A stretch of 64,000 nucleotides of DNA, from positions 11,595-75,594 of the forward strand of contig CAZFJC010000001.1 of assembly GCA_964518765.1 (NCBI GenBank). The letters run 5' to 3'. A program made the translations under genes and the position numbers. The notes below the pieces were generated by a model. It was given only the letters and a program-made list of their open reading frames with translations. It made no database searches and had not been told where the DNA came from. This document shows, in pieces, positions 35,440 to 45,851 of the stretch. The number at the start of each line of letters is the position of its first letter. Position 1 is the stretch's first letter. The DNA is from an uncultured bacterium. Lineage in GTDB: Bacteria; Edwardsbacteria; AC1; EtOH8.

Positions 35440-37932
35440 ATGAACCCACGAAACTGTGTCTTCCTCACCGATGCCCAGCTCAAATCCGAGCTGGAGAAGT
35501 GCGAGTTCTGCGAGGAGAAGCCCTGCCAGGCTGCCTGCCCCTGCGGCTGTTCGCCGGCCGATTTCATCATGGCGGCCAGGGTGGGCGCCAAATCCGACAT
35601 CAAGCGGGCGGCGGCCCTGATCATGGGCGCCAATCCCCTGGGCGGGGTATGCGGGGCGGTCTGCCCGGACCGGCACTGCATGAAGGCCTGTGTCCGGGCC
35701 ACCTTCGACCATCCGGTCAATATACCGGCCGTCCAGGCCACCATCATCCAGAAGGCCAAAGAGCTGGGGGTGATGCCGGTCTTCAGGCCTGGAAAGACGA
35801 AAAGGCAGAAGGTAGCGGTGGTTGGGGCCGGACCGGCCGGGCTGGCCGCGGCTGGCCTATTGGCGCAGATGGGCTATCCGGTTCAAGTGTTCGAGGAATT
35901 TTCGGAGCCCGGCGGCGCCTGTTGCCTTATACCCGAATTCAGGCTCGACCCCGGGGTGCTGAAGACAGATCTTGAATGGCTGAGGGGGCTGGGAGACGTC
36001 AAGTTCAAGTACGGAGCCAGGGCCGAAAAGCCTGAAGGGCTTATGGCCAAAGGATTCGACGCGGTCATCGTCGCCGGCGGACTTACCAAGCCCATCAGGC
36101 TTAGCGTCAAGGGCGAGGACCTGGCGGTGCCGGCAAGGGAGTTCCTCCGCTACTACATGAGGCGGCGGGCCCGCGGCAAGAGGGTGGCAGTCATCGGCGG
36201 CGGGGCGGTGGCGGCCGACTGCGCCGAGACGGCCGTGGCCGACGGGGCATCACAGGTAGAGCTTTTCATGCTGGAGAAGCCCTCGGAGATGCCTTTGTCG
36301 AAAAAGGAGATGGAGAGCCTAATGGGCTCAGGCGTCCAGCTTAACGGTCGGATGCGTCTCAAACGGGTATTGGCGAAGGGCAAAAAAGTGGCCGGCATCC
36401 GCACCATCCGCGTTCGATTGCCAAGGGGCAAGAAGTTCCACCCCTCCCTGGTGGAGGATGTCAAGGGGACTAAAATGGACAGCGCCTTTGATATAGTGGT
36501 GATGGCTATCGGCTCGCGGCCGGGCATCGAAAAGTCCGACAGGGTGGGAGTGTTTTGGGCCGGGGACATGGTCAACGGTCCGACGACCGTGGTGGAGGCG
36601 GTAGCGGCCGGTAAAAATGCGGCCTTGGAGCTTGACACCTGGCTCTCCAAAGGGGAGACCCTAAAGGCCGAGAAGCCGACTAAAAGCGTCGTGGTTTTGC
36701 CGGGCCGGAAACTGCTTCCGGTCCCGCTGGAAACCGATTTCTTCGGCAGGGAGATCCTCTCGCCGTTCCTGCTCTCGGCCGCGCCGCCCACCGACGGCTA
36801 CGAACAGATGAAGAAGGCATACCAGGCAGGCTGGCCGGGCGGGGTGATGAAGACCGCCTTCGATAACGTTCCGGTGCACATCCCCGGCGAGTATATGTTC
36901 GCCTTTTCACGGGACACCTACGCTAACTGCGACAACGTCTCCGGACATTCGTTGGAGCGGGTCTGCAGCGAGATCGCCAGACTGGTCAAGGAGTTTCCCG
37001 ACCGGTTGACCATAGCCTCCACCGGCGGACCGGTCACCGGACGCGATGAGGAGGACAGGAAGGTTTGGCAGTCCAACACCAGGAAGCTGGAGAGCGCCGG
37101 GGCCATGGCTGTCGAATACTCGCTCTCATGCCCCCAGGGCGGCGACGGCACTAAGGGTGACATCGTTTCCCAGGATCCGGAGCTGACGGCCAAGATAATC
37201 GGCTGGGTGATGGAGGTCTCGCATCCTGGCATTCCCAAGCTGTTCAAGCTGACGTCGGCGGTGACCTCGATCTATCCCATCATAGGCGCCATCAGACAAG
37301 TGTTCGCCAAATATCCGGACAAGAAGTCGGGCGTCACCTTGGCCAACACCTTCCCGGCTATGGCCTTCCGTCGGGGCGCCAAGAAATCCTGGGAGGAGGG
37401 AATAGTTGTCGGCATGTCGGGGGCGGGGGTGGCGCCCATATCTAACCTGACGCTGGCCAACGTCTCCAATCTTGGGATTATCGTTTCCGGCAACGGCGGA
37501 CCCATGGACTATAAGGCCGCGGCCGACTTCCTGGCCCTGGGGGCGCGCACCGTGCAGTTCTGCACCATCGTCATGAAATACGGCTACGGGATAATAGACG
37601 AGCTGCACTCCGGCCTTTCTTTCATGATGGAATCGCGCGGTATAAAATCGGTCGAGAAGCTGATCGGCTATGCCCTGCCCGATCCGATCACCGCCTTCAT
37701 GGAACTGAGCCCGGAGAAAAAGATCTCGGACGTGGACCGCGACCTGTGCCAGCACTGCGGCAACTGCACCCGCTGCCCCTATCTGGCCATCACCCTGGAC
37801 GAGGAGAAAATCCCCAAGACCGACGCCTCCAAGTGCCTCGGCTGCTCGATCTGCGTCCAGAAGTGCTTCTCCGGGGCACTTTTCATGAGGGAGAGGACGA
37901 AGAAGGAGAAAGCATTGTTAAATGAGCGCTGA
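35440..37932 (+). CDS. Dihydropyrimidine-dehydrogenase-like tri-domain oxidoreductase (PreT-like FAD/NAD domain, PreA/DHOD-like TIM barrel, ferredoxin); YgfK-like.
   Basis: N-terminal Cys cluster (CEFCEEKPCQAACPCGC); VAVVGAGPAGLAAA dinucleotide fold; second Rossmann (VAVIGGGAVA); C-terminal CQHCGNCTRCPY ... CLGCSICVQKC. Confidence 0.7.
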   Translation: MNPRNCVFLTDAQLKSELEKCEFCEEKPCQAACPCGCSPADFIMAARVGAKSDIKRAAALIMGANPLGGVCGAVCPDRHCMKACVRATFDHPVNIPAVQATIIQKAKELGVMPVFRPGKTKRQKVAVVGAGPAGLAAAGLLAQMGYPVQVFEEFSEPGGACCLIPEFRLDPGVLKTDLEWLRGLGDVKFKYGARAEKPEGLMAKGFDAVIVAGGLTKPIRLSVKGEDLAVPAREFLRYYMRRRARGKRVAVIGGGAVAADCAETAVADGASQVELFMLEKPSEMPLSKKEMESLMGSGVQLNGRMRLKRVLAKGKKVAGIRTIRVRLPRGKKFHPSLVEDVKGTKMDSAFDIVVMAIGSRPGIEKSDRVGVFWAGDMVNGPTTVVEAVAAGKNAALELDTWLSKGETLKAEKPTKSVVVLPGRKLLPVPLETDFFGREILSPFLLSAAPPTDGYEQMKKAYQAGWPGGVMKTAFDNVPVHIPGEYMFAFSRDTYANCDNVSGHSLERVCSEIARLVKEFPDRLTIASTGGPVTGRDEEDRKVWQSNTRKLESAGAMAVEYSLSCPQGGDGTKGDIVSQDPELTAKIIGWVMEVSHPGIPKLFKLTSAVTSIYPIIGAIRQVFAKYPDKKSGVTLANTFPAMAFRRGAKKSWEEGIVVGMSGAGVAPISNLTLANVSNLGIIVSGNGGPMDYKAAADFLALGARTVQFCTIVMKYGYGIIDELHSGLSFMMESRGIKSVEKLIGYALPDPITAFMELSPEKKISDVDRDLCQHCGNCTRCPYLAITLDEEKIPKTDASKCLGCSICVQKCFSGALFMRERTKKEKALLNER

Positions 37933-37984
37933 ACTTCCCACAACGATGAACATGGTCCCCCGCCTCATGGCGTCTCGGTGAGAG

Positions 37985-39322
37985 ATGAAAAAAGCCGAAA
38001 CGCTGCTCATCAAGAACGGCATCGTCGTTACGCTGGGTGACGGCAACAAGGTGCTGCACGGCCACGCGGTTTTGTGCGAAGGCAAGCATATCAAAAAGAT
38101 CGCCCCGCAGAAGGCGTTCCGCGGCAGTTACCACAAGGTGATAGACGCCGCGGGCCAGGTCGTCCTCCCCGGATTCATCAACGTCCACATGCACTTCTAC
38201 AGCACCATGGTGCGGGGCCTCGGCAAGGCTTCGCCTTCGGCCAATTTTCAGGAGGTGCTGGAGAACCTGTGGTGGCGGCTCGACAAGAAGCTGACGCTGG
38301 ACGACTGTTATTATTCGGCGCTGCTGCCGCTGATAGATGCCGTCAAACACGGGACCACCACGCTGATCGACCACCATGCCTCGCCCTTCGCCGTCACCGG
38401 CTCGCTGGACGTCATCGCCAAGGCTGTGAAGCAGGTTGGACTCAGGGCTTCGCTCTGCTACGAATTATCCGACCGCGATGGTGAGAAGATCGCCCACGAG
38501 GGCATTGAGGAGAACGTGGCCTTCATCAAGCGCTGTCAGCGGGAGGACGACGATCGGTTGCGGGCGCTGTTCGGACTGCATGCCTCATTTACGCTCACCG
38601 ACAGGACGCTGGAGCAGGCCGCGGTGGCGGGGCGGGCGCTGGACGCCGGTTTTCACTTGCACGCCGCCGAGGCGAAAAGCGACCAGGAATACAGCGTCGA
38701 GCACTTTGGCAAGAGAGTGGTGGAGAGGTTCCACGAGTACGGTGTCCTGGGGAAGAAGACCATCGCCGCCCACTGCGTCCACGTCAACGACAGGGAGATG
38801 GAACTGTTGGCCGAGACCGGGACGGCCGTGGCCCACAATCCCCAGTCTAACATGAACAACGCCGTCGGTGTGGCGGATATCATCAAAATGGCTCGAAAAG
38901 GCGTTCTGGTCGGCCTGGGCACTGACGCCATGACCGTCAACATGCTGGAGGAGATGCGGGCGGCCCTCTGGTCTCAGCACCTATCTCATCGCAACCCATC
39001 GTGCGGCTTTATGGAGGCCATGGCTACCCTTGCCTCCAACAACGCCAGGATCGCCAACCGATATTGGGAAGGCAAGTTGGGGGTGTTGAAAGAGAACAAC
39101 TATGCGGATATAGTGCTTATCGACTATCATCCTCCGACGCCGTTCGATGAGAGTACCTTCCTTGGCCACCTGTGTTTCGGGCTTTCCCAATCGGCGGTGG
39201 ACACCACCATCGCTTCTGGCCGGGTGCTGATGGAGAAAAAAAGGCTGAGGCTGGACATCGACGAGGCCGAGGTGGCCGCTAAGTCGCGGGAGCTTTCGCA
39301 GAAACTGTGGTCGAGGTTCTAA
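37985..39322 (+). CDS. SsnA-like amidohydrolase (chlorohydrolase/aminohydrolase family).
   Basis: FINVHMHF metal-binding HxH; about 445 aa, typical of SsnA/guanine-deaminase-like amidohydrolases. Confidence 0.65.
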   Translation: MKKAETLLIKNGIVVTLGDGNKVLHGHAVLCEGKHIKKIAPQKAFRGSYHKVIDAAGQVVLPGFINVHMHFYSTMVRGLGKASPSANFQEVLENLWWRLDKKLTLDDCYYSALLPLIDAVKHGTTTLIDHHASPFAVTGSLDVIAKAVKQVGLRASLCYELSDRDGEKIAHEGIEENVAFIKRCQREDDDRLRALFGLHASFTLTDRTLEQAAVAGRALDAGFHLHAAEAKSDQEYSVEHFGKRVVERFHEYGVLGKKTIAAHCVHVNDREMELLAETGTAVAHNPQSNMNNAVGVADIIKMARKGVLVGLGTDAMTVNMLEEMRAALWSQHLSHRNPSCGFMEAMATLASNNARIANRYWEGKLGVLKENNYADIVLIDYHPPTPFDESTFLGHLCFGLSQSAVDTTIASGRVLMEKKRLRLDIDEAEVAAKSRELSQKLWSRF

Positions 39323-39337
39323 CTAAAGGTAATTAAC

Positions 39338-40555
39338 ATGAGCAGCCTCTATCGGCAGATTATCGATAAATCGAAGGAGTACGAAGCCGCCGTTGTCGAT
39401 TTCCTGATGGACATGGTGCGCATACCGTCCCCGTCCCGCCAGGAGCGAGAGGTGGTCCAGCGGATAAAGCGGGAGATGGAAAAGGCAGGTTTCCCCGAGG
39501 TGAGGATCGATGGGCTGGGAAACGTTATCGGCAGGATCGGTTCCGGTCCCCGCGTCATCGCATTCGACGCCCACATCGATACGGTGGGCCCCGGCGACCT
39601 CGGTGCGTGGAAGGGGGGCGGGCCTTTCGAACCCAGGATCGAAGATGGGAAGGTATACGGGAGAGGCACGGTTGACCAGGAGGGGGGCATGGCCTCGATG
39701 GTATATGCCGGGAAGATCATGATGGACCTAAAGCTCAATGACCAGTTCACCGTTCTCTTCACCGGAACGGTAATGGAGGAGGACTGCGACGGGCTGTGCT
39801 GGCAGTACCTTATCAACGAGGAGCAGATCAAACCCGAGTTGGTGATCATTACCGAGCCCACCAACATGAATATTTACCGCGGCCACCGAGGCCGGATGGA
39901 GATCAGGGTAAGCTTCTTCGGCCGCTCCTGCCACGGATCGGCCCCGGAGCGAGGCGACAACGCCATCTACAAGGCCTCGCGCTGCGCCCTGGAGGTCGAA
40001 AAGCTTAACGAACGCCTGAGATCCGATGCCTTTCTGGGCAAGGGTACGGTAACCGTGACCCAGGCGACCTCTAGCTCGCCCTCGCTCTGCGCTGTGGCCG
40101 ACGGCGCCAGCCTGCATCTGGATCGCCGGCTGACCAAGGGCGAGACCGGGGAATCTGCCGTAGCCGAGGTGGTGGACGCCGCCAAAAGGGCCGGGCTCAA
40201 GGATGGGGACTTCAAGGTCGAGGTCCTGCGATATGCCGAAAAGTCCTATACCGGCTTAGTATATCCCGCCGAAAAATACTATCCCACCTGGTCCATGCCC
40301 GAGGACTCGCCTTTTCTGAAACAGGCGGTGGAGGCCTACCGGGGCATTTTCCACAAGGAGCCGCTGGTCGACAAGTGGACCTTCTCCACCAATGGGGTGA
40401 CCACAGCCGGGATGAAGGGTATACCGACGCTGGGGTTGGGCCCGGGCAACGAGGTCCACGCCCACGCCCCTAACGAGCACTGCCCGGTGGAGCACCTGTC
40501 CGGCGCGGCCGCCTTCTACGCGGCGCTGGTGGGGCGGCTGAATGGAAAGGTCTAA
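39338..40555 (+). CDS. YgeY-like M20-family peptidase/deacylase.
   Basis: M20 dimetallo-hydrolase pattern (AFDAHIDTV ... GRGTVDQEGG ... TEPT ... GHRG). Confidence 0.7.
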   Translation: MSSLYRQIIDKSKEYEAAVVDFLMDMVRIPSPSRQEREVVQRIKREMEKAGFPEVRIDGLGNVIGRIGSGPRVIAFDAHIDTVGPGDLGAWKGGGPFEPRIEDGKVYGRGTVDQEGGMASMVYAGKIMMDLKLNDQFTVLFTGTVMEEDCDGLCWQYLINEEQIKPELVIITEPTNMNIYRGHRGRMEIRVSFFGRSCHGSAPERGDNAIYKASRCALEVEKLNERLRSDAFLGKGTVTVTQATSSSPSLCAVADGASLHLDRRLTKGETGESAVAEVVDAAKRAGLKDGDFKVEVLRYAEKSYTGLVYPAEKYYPTWSMPEDSPFLKQAVEAYRGIFHKEPLVDKWTFSTNGVTTAGMKGIPTLGLGPGNEVHAHAPNEHCPVEHLSGAAAFYAALVGRLNGKV

Positions 40556-40560
40556 GTAGG

Positions 40561-41775
40561 GTGTCGGCATTCTTCTATCGATGCACCAGCTGCGGCCGCA
40601 CTTACGGCCGTACAGAAATACGCTATCTCTGCACGGAATGCGGCAAGAAGTACCGACCGGGACAGCCGTTGTCCGGCGTGCTGGAGGCGGTGTTCGACTA
40701 CAAGGCGATCGCCAGGAGATTCGACAGGAGACGGCCGGACTGGTCGCTGTTCGCGGCCGTCGAGCCGGCATATTACCCCAAATATCCTGTGGGCAAGACG
40801 CCGTTCTTCAAGGCGGAACGGCTGGGTCAGGCGCTCGGCCTCTCCGACCTCTGGATCAAGAACGATGGGCTCAACCCCAGCGGATCGCTCAAGGACCGGG
40901 CCTCTTTCCTGGTGGTGGCCGAGGCCAACCGGCTTGGGGAGAATCGCCTCGTCGCCGCCTCCACCGGCAACGCGGCCAGCGCCCTGTCCGCAGTCTGCGC
41001 CGCCGACGGCAAGCAGGCGGTGATCTTCGTTCCCAGGAACGCTCCCCGGGCCAAGCTGGTGCAGATAATCCTCTATGGGGCCCGGATCATACTGGTCGAC
41101 GGCACTTACGATGACGCCTTCCGCCTATCGCTCGAATATACCAGAAAAAGGGGCGGATTGAACCGCAATACCGCCTATCATCCGCTGACCATCGAGGGCA
41201 AGAAAACCGTGGCCTTGGAGATCTTCGAGCAAAGCGGGTTTAAGGCGCCGGACGTTGTGGTGGTGCCGGTGGGCGACGGGGTGATCATCTCCGGCGTATA
41301 CAAGGGATTTTGGGACCTGAAGCAGGCCGGTTTGATCCGCAAACTACCCGAGCTTGTCGGCGTCCAGGCGGAATCATCTGATGCCATACATAACTATATA
41401 GTAACCGGAAGGTATCGGAACGCCCTAAAACCTTCCACCATAGCCGATTCGATCTCGGTCTCCACCCCCAGCAACGCCCACCTGGCCAGAAGGGCGGTTC
41501 TGGATAGCCAGGGTTTTTCGCTGACCGTAAGCGATCAGGAGATCCACCGGGCGCAGTCGCTGCTGGCGGGAACCGCTGGCGTATTCGCCGAGCCGGCGTC
41601 TTCGGCTGCGGCCGCCGGCCTAGCCAAGGCCGCCAAGCTAGGCAAGATCAAGCGCCAGCAGCAGGTGGTGCTGCTGGTAACCGGACACGGGTTGAAGGAT
41701 ATCGAGCCGCCGTTGTCGAAAATCAGGCTGCCGAAGCCGGTGCCGCCAAGGCTGGATGCCATAACAGCGCTATGA
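40561..41775 (+). CDS. Threonine-synthase-like fold-type-II PLP enzyme with an N-terminal zinc-ribbon (GTG start).
   Basis: CTSCG ... CTECG zinc-ribbon; PLP-lysine motif GSLKDRAS; glycine loop region. Confidence 0.55.
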   Translation: MSAFFYRCTSCGRTYGRTEIRYLCTECGKKYRPGQPLSGVLEAVFDYKAIARRFDRRRPDWSLFAAVEPAYYPKYPVGKTPFFKAERLGQALGLSDLWIKNDGLNPSGSLKDRASFLVVAEANRLGENRLVAASTGNAASALSAVCAADGKQAVIFVPRNAPRAKLVQIILYGARIILVDGTYDDAFRLSLEYTRKRGGLNRNTAYHPLTIEGKKTVALEIFEQSGFKAPDVVVVPVGDGVIISGVYKGFWDLKQAGLIRKLPELVGVQAESSDAIHNYIVTGRYRNALKPSTIADSISVSTPSNAHLARRAVLDSQGFSLTVSDQEIHRAQSLLAGTAGVFAEPASSAAAAGLAKAAKLGKIKRQQQVVLLVTGHGLKDIEPPLSKIRLPKPVPPRLDAITAL

Positions 41776-43103
41776 GACGGACCCTGGTAAGAAATGGCAC
41801 CGTATATCTTGAGGACGGCCCGGAGACAGTCGACCTTCTTATCGAAAACGGGCGAATAGCCGACATCGGCAAGTTCGATCATCCGATCGCCGACTGCCTA
41901 ACCATTGATGCTAGAGGGCTCCACGTCCTTCCCGGGCTGATAGACATCCACACCCATTTGGATGACTCAATAGGCGGCTATAGGCTGGCGGACAGCTGGC
42001 CCAGCGGCTCGGAGATCGCCATAAGAAGCGGGATCACTACCCTCTGCTCATTCATTACTCAGCGTCACGGTAGACCGCTGTCCGAGGCGGTGGAGGAGTC
42101 TCTGGGAAAGGTGGGCGGAAGGTCAAGCTGCGATTATTCTTTCCACCTGACCCCGGTCAGCTTCGAAGCCTCGGATTGGGTTTATATCGAAAAACTGCTG
42201 GCCGACGGGTTCCGGACGTTCAAATTCTACACCACCTACCGTCGGGAAGGGATCCTCACCGATTACCCCACGCTGAAAAGGCTGATGGCCAGGATAAAGG
42301 ACATGGGGGCTAAGGTGCTGGTGCATTGCGAGGACGACGAGATCCTAAACCGGAGCCTGTCGGCCGTGGCCGACAGGACGGCGGCCTTTGGGCATGCTCT
42401 TTCACGCCCTATGCAGGCGGAGGCAGAGGGGATCGAACGCGTGTTGGAAATAGCAGGCCAGACCAGGTGCCCGACGCATATTGTGCATGTTTCCTCCGCT
42501 TCGGGAGCCGGGATAATTGGCAGGCATAAGCAGGACCTGCCGGTGACATGCGAGACCTGCCCGCAATACCTTTTCCTGGACGAGGAGAAGCTCAAGGGAG
42601 AAAACGGACACCGTTTCATATGTTCTCCACCGCTGAGATCGATAAAGGACAAAGAGGAGTTGCGGCAGCTGGCGGCGGCCGGAGCCTTCGACCTTTACGC
42701 CAGCGACCACTGCGCCTTCAGCAAGGTGGACAAGGACCAGAACCGAGGCGACTTTTCTAAAGTCCCCAACGGCCTGCCGGGGATAGGAACCTTGGCGCCG
42801 TTGCTGTATGAACTACATGGTGATTTCGGCATAATAGCCCAGCGGCTGGCAGCCAACCCCGCCAGAGTTGCCGACCTTTACCCGCGCAAAGGGGCGATCC
42901 GTAAGGGATCCGACGCTGACCTGGCCATTTTTACGTCCAATGGCCCAGAGACGCCGGTGAGGTCAAGCCTAGCGGAAGTTTACGAACCCTATGACGGGAA
43001 GTCGACCCGGATTTTGGCGAAGCATGTCCTGCTGCGAGGGCGCCTGGTCGCCGAGGACGGAGCGGTGTTGGAGGAATCAAATCATTTTGGGACGAGAGCA
43101 TGA
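41772..43103 (+). CDS. Cyclic amidohydrolase (D-hydantoinase/dihydropyrimidinase-like, HyuA-like).
   Basis: IDIHTHL metal-binding HxH; FKFY carboxylated-lysine context; about 440 aa. Confidence 0.7.
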   Translation: MRRTLVRNGTVYLEDGPETVDLLIENGRIADIGKFDHPIADCLTIDARGLHVLPGLIDIHTHLDDSIGGYRLADSWPSGSEIAIRSGITTLCSFITQRHGRPLSEAVEESLGKVGGRSSCDYSFHLTPVSFEASDWVYIEKLLADGFRTFKFYTTYRREGILTDYPTLKRLMARIKDMGAKVLVHCEDDEILNRSLSAVADRTAAFGHALSRPMQAEAEGIERVLEIAGQTRCPTHIVHVSSASGAGIIGRHKQDLPVTCETCPQYLFLDEEKLKGENGHRFICSPPLRSIKDKEELRQLAAAGAFDLYASDHCAFSKVDKDQNRGDFSKVPNGLPGIGTLAPLLYELHGDFGIIAQRLAANPARVADLYPRKGAIRKGSDADLAIFTSNGPETPVRSSLAEVYEPYDGKSTRILAKHVLLRGRLVAEDGAVLEESNHFGTRA

Positions 43104-45373
43104 AAGAGAGTTCCAAAGCATGGCGCAACGACGCCTACGCCAAAGTGACGGGAAGGGCGAAGTATACCGGCGACCTAAAGTTTCAGGGTATGCTCCATGC
43201 CGCCCCGGTTTACACCGATTTTATCCACGCCAGGATCAGACGCCTGGACGCTTCCTCGGCCTTGAAATGCGCCGGGGTGGTGCGGGTAATAACGGCCGGG
43301 GACGCTCCGGGATCGGCGGTCTTCGGGCAGATCATCCGGGATTACAGGATCCTGGCCGACGACAAGATACGCTTCCACGGCGACGTGGTGGCGGTGGTGG
43401 TGGCCGAAACCAGGGAGGAGGCGGTCGAGGCCACCAGGCGGGTAGTGGTAGAGGCGGAGGAGCTGCCGGCGGTCCTGGATCCGGAGGAGGCCATGAAGGC
43501 CGGGGTGGTTTTGGTCCACGAATCCCACGGCTCAAATATCATCAGCCATCACAAGATTAGGCGGGGGGACGCCGAGGCGGCGCTGAAAAAGTGCGACCAT
43601 GTCATCGAACATGAGTTCCGCACCCAGCTGGTGGAGCACGCCTATATAGAGCCGGAGGCGGCGGTGGCCGTCCCGAGGCCGGACGGCGTGATGGAGATCT
43701 TCGCCAGCACCCAGCACCCTTTCTCCACCAGGCGCTTTGTGGCCGCCTTCCTGGAAGTTCCCCTGGCTGACGTCGAGGTGAGAACCGTTCCCATAGGCGG
43801 CGGCTTCGGGGGGAAGGACGACACCGCCTCGGTGGTCGCCGCCCGGGCGGCCCTGGCGGCCAGGCTGACCGGACGGCCGGTCAAGATGTCCTACGACCGT
43901 GAGTGGTCGATGCGGGAGAGCTACAAGCGCCATCCCTACCGGATAAGATATCGAATGGGCTTTTCCAAACAGGGGAAAATAGAGGCCTGCCAAGTCCGTG
44001 TGTTGGCCGACGCCGGCGCCTACTGCTCGGTGACCCCCTGGGTAACCTGGAGGTCCACCGTCCAGTGCTGCGGGCCCTACGAAGTGGCCCACGTCCATTG
44101 CGATGTCTACGGGGTCTATACCAACAATGTGGTCACCGGAGCCATGCGCGGATTCGGCTCGCCTCAAATAAACTTTGCCGTGGAGCAGTTGGTGGAGATA
44201 GCGGCTGAGAGGTGCGGCCTTTCGGCCACCGAGTTCCGTAAGCGGAACATGCTGCGGCAAGGGTCGGTAACCATCACCGGGCAGAAGCTCGACGGGCACA
44301 AGGTCAGCCTGGAGCAGGCCCTAGACACCACCCTGGAGTCAGCCGATTTCTACAACAAGTACCGGCGCTGTTCCTTCGGTAAGAGAGACGGCGAAGAGCT
44401 TTACGGCATCGGGTACGCCATGAGCTACCGCGGCGTCAGCCTGGGGGCCGAGGGGGTGGACTTCAACTCGGCGGTGATCAACGTCCAGTTCGACGGCTCC
44501 ATCCTGCTAGAGGCGGCCGTCCACGAGAACGGCCAAGGCTCCGAAAGCGCCATGATCCTGATCTGTGCCGAGGAGCTAGGGGTGGATAGGGCAAGGATAC
44601 GCTACCGGATGCCGTCTACCTCGAACATCCCCGACGGGGGGACCACGGTGGCTTCGCGAGGCACGATCATGGGTGGCGGGGCGGTGGCCAACGCCGCCCG
44701 CGCCCTCAAGACCAAGCTGGCCGGACTGCTGGCGGACAGCCTGGAATGCGCTGAGGGCGAAGTCCGCTTCCGGGATGATATGATCTGGGGACAGGACGCC
44801 AAGCACAAGCTTTCCTGGCCGGAGGCCATGCAGAAGCTGCTGATGATGCAGGAGTGCCCCATCTCCTTCGGCTCCTTTAAGGCGCCGCCGGTGACCTGGG
44901 ACGAGCACACCGGCCAGGGAAACGCCTACTTCACCTGGGTCTACGGATGCCAAGCGGTGGAGCTTACCGTCAATAAGCGGACGGGTAGGGTGAAGCTTAT
45001 TAGCATGATAGCTTCACACGATGTGGGCCGGGCGGTGAACCGGGACATGGTGCTGGGCCAGTTCTACGGAGGCATGGCCATGGGGGCGGGATACGCCTTG
45101 TTCGAGCAGGTCGAAAACGAGCGAGGCCGCATAGAAAATGTTAATTTTGACAGATACCGCATCCCCCGCTCCAGCGACCTGCCCGAGATGAAGGCGGAGA
45201 TCATCGAGAACCCCGACCCGATATCCCCTTTCGGGGCCAAGAGCATAGGCGAGCCGACCAATGAGCTGATGGCGCCGGCCATCGCCAACGCGCTATACAA
45301 CGCCACCGGCCGCCGGCATTTCGAACTACCCATAAAGCTGAAACCGGAGATGCAAGGCGATCGGCAATGGTAA
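43100..45373 (+). CDS. Second molybdopterin-binding molybdenum hydroxylase large subunit (XdhD-like).
   Basis: XDH/AOX-family a/b hammerhead and MoCo-binding domains (GGGFGGK ... GEPT); 757 aa. Confidence 0.8.
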   Translation: MKESSKAWRNDAYAKVTGRAKYTGDLKFQGMLHAAPVYTDFIHARIRRLDASSALKCAGVVRVITAGDAPGSAVFGQIIRDYRILADDKIRFHGDVVAVVVAETREEAVEATRRVVVEAEELPAVLDPEEAMKAGVVLVHESHGSNIISHHKIRRGDAEAALKKCDHVIEHEFRTQLVEHAYIEPEAAVAVPRPDGVMEIFASTQHPFSTRRFVAAFLEVPLADVEVRTVPIGGGFGGKDDTASVVAARAALAARLTGRPVKMSYDREWSMRESYKRHPYRIRYRMGFSKQGKIEACQVRVLADAGAYCSVTPWVTWRSTVQCCGPYEVAHVHCDVYGVYTNNVVTGAMRGFGSPQINFAVEQLVEIAAERCGLSATEFRKRNMLRQGSVTITGQKLDGHKVSLEQALDTTLESADFYNKYRRCSFGKRDGEELYGIGYAMSYRGVSLGAEGVDFNSAVINVQFDGSILLEAAVHENGQGSESAMILICAEELGVDRARIRYRMPSTSNIPDGGTTVASRGTIMGGGAVANAARALKTKLAGLLADSLECAEGEVRFRDDMIWGQDAKHKLSWPEAMQKLLMMQECPISFGSFKAPPVTWDEHTGQGNAYFTWVYGCQAVELTVNKRTGRVKLISMIASHDVGRAVNRDMVLGQFYGGMAMGAGYALFEQVENERGRIENVNFDRYRIPRSSDLPEMKAEIIENPDPISPFGAKSIGEPTNELMAPAIANALYNATGRRHFELPIKLKPEMQGDRQW

Positions 45374-45828
45374 CCTACGTGAACGGCCGAAGGCACCAGT
45401 TGAACGAACGTGACCTGGGAAAGAGCCTTCTTGTTTATCTACGGGAAGACCTGAACCTGACCGGGACCAAGAACGGCTGCGGCATCGGGGTCTGCGGGGC
45501 CTGCACCGTTCTACTGAACAGCCGGCCGGTGCGCTCCTGCCGCTTGAAGGTAGCCGAAATTGTCGACAGCAACGTCTTGACCATAGAGGGCCTATCTCGG
45601 GAGGATGGCACGCTCCACCCCCTTCAACAAGCCTTCCTCGATGCCGGCGCCGTCCAGTGCGGTTTCTGTACCCCGGGCATGGTGCTGACCGCCCACGCCT
45701 TTCTCATACGGAACCCGAGCCCCAGCCGAGACCAGATCCGGCGTGCTATATCCGGGAACCTCTGCCGGTGCACTGGTTACCAGCAGATCATAGACGCCAT
45801 CGAGGCGGCGGCCCCTCATTATCGTTAA
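45367..45828 (+). CDS. [2Fe-2S]-binding small subunit of the molybdenum hydroxylase.
   Basis: CGIGVCGACTV ... QCGFCTPG ... CRCTGY. Confidence 0.85.
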   Translation: MVTYVNGRRHQLNERDLGKSLLVYLREDLNLTGTKNGCGIGVCGACTVLLNSRPVRSCRLKVAEIVDSNVLTIEGLSREDGTLHPLQQAFLDAGAVQCGFCTPGMVLTAHAFLIRNPSPSRDQIRRAISGNLCRCTGYQQIIDAIEAAAPHYR

Positions 45829-45851
45829 GAAGAGTGTTAGACCAAGCTTCT

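Noticed and set aside
45657-45851. Upstream extension of the oligopeptidase ORF (track start 45657)
   Set aside because: The extension overlaps the 2Fe-2S subunit gene. A signal peptide begins at the internal ATG at 45852, which is taken as the start.
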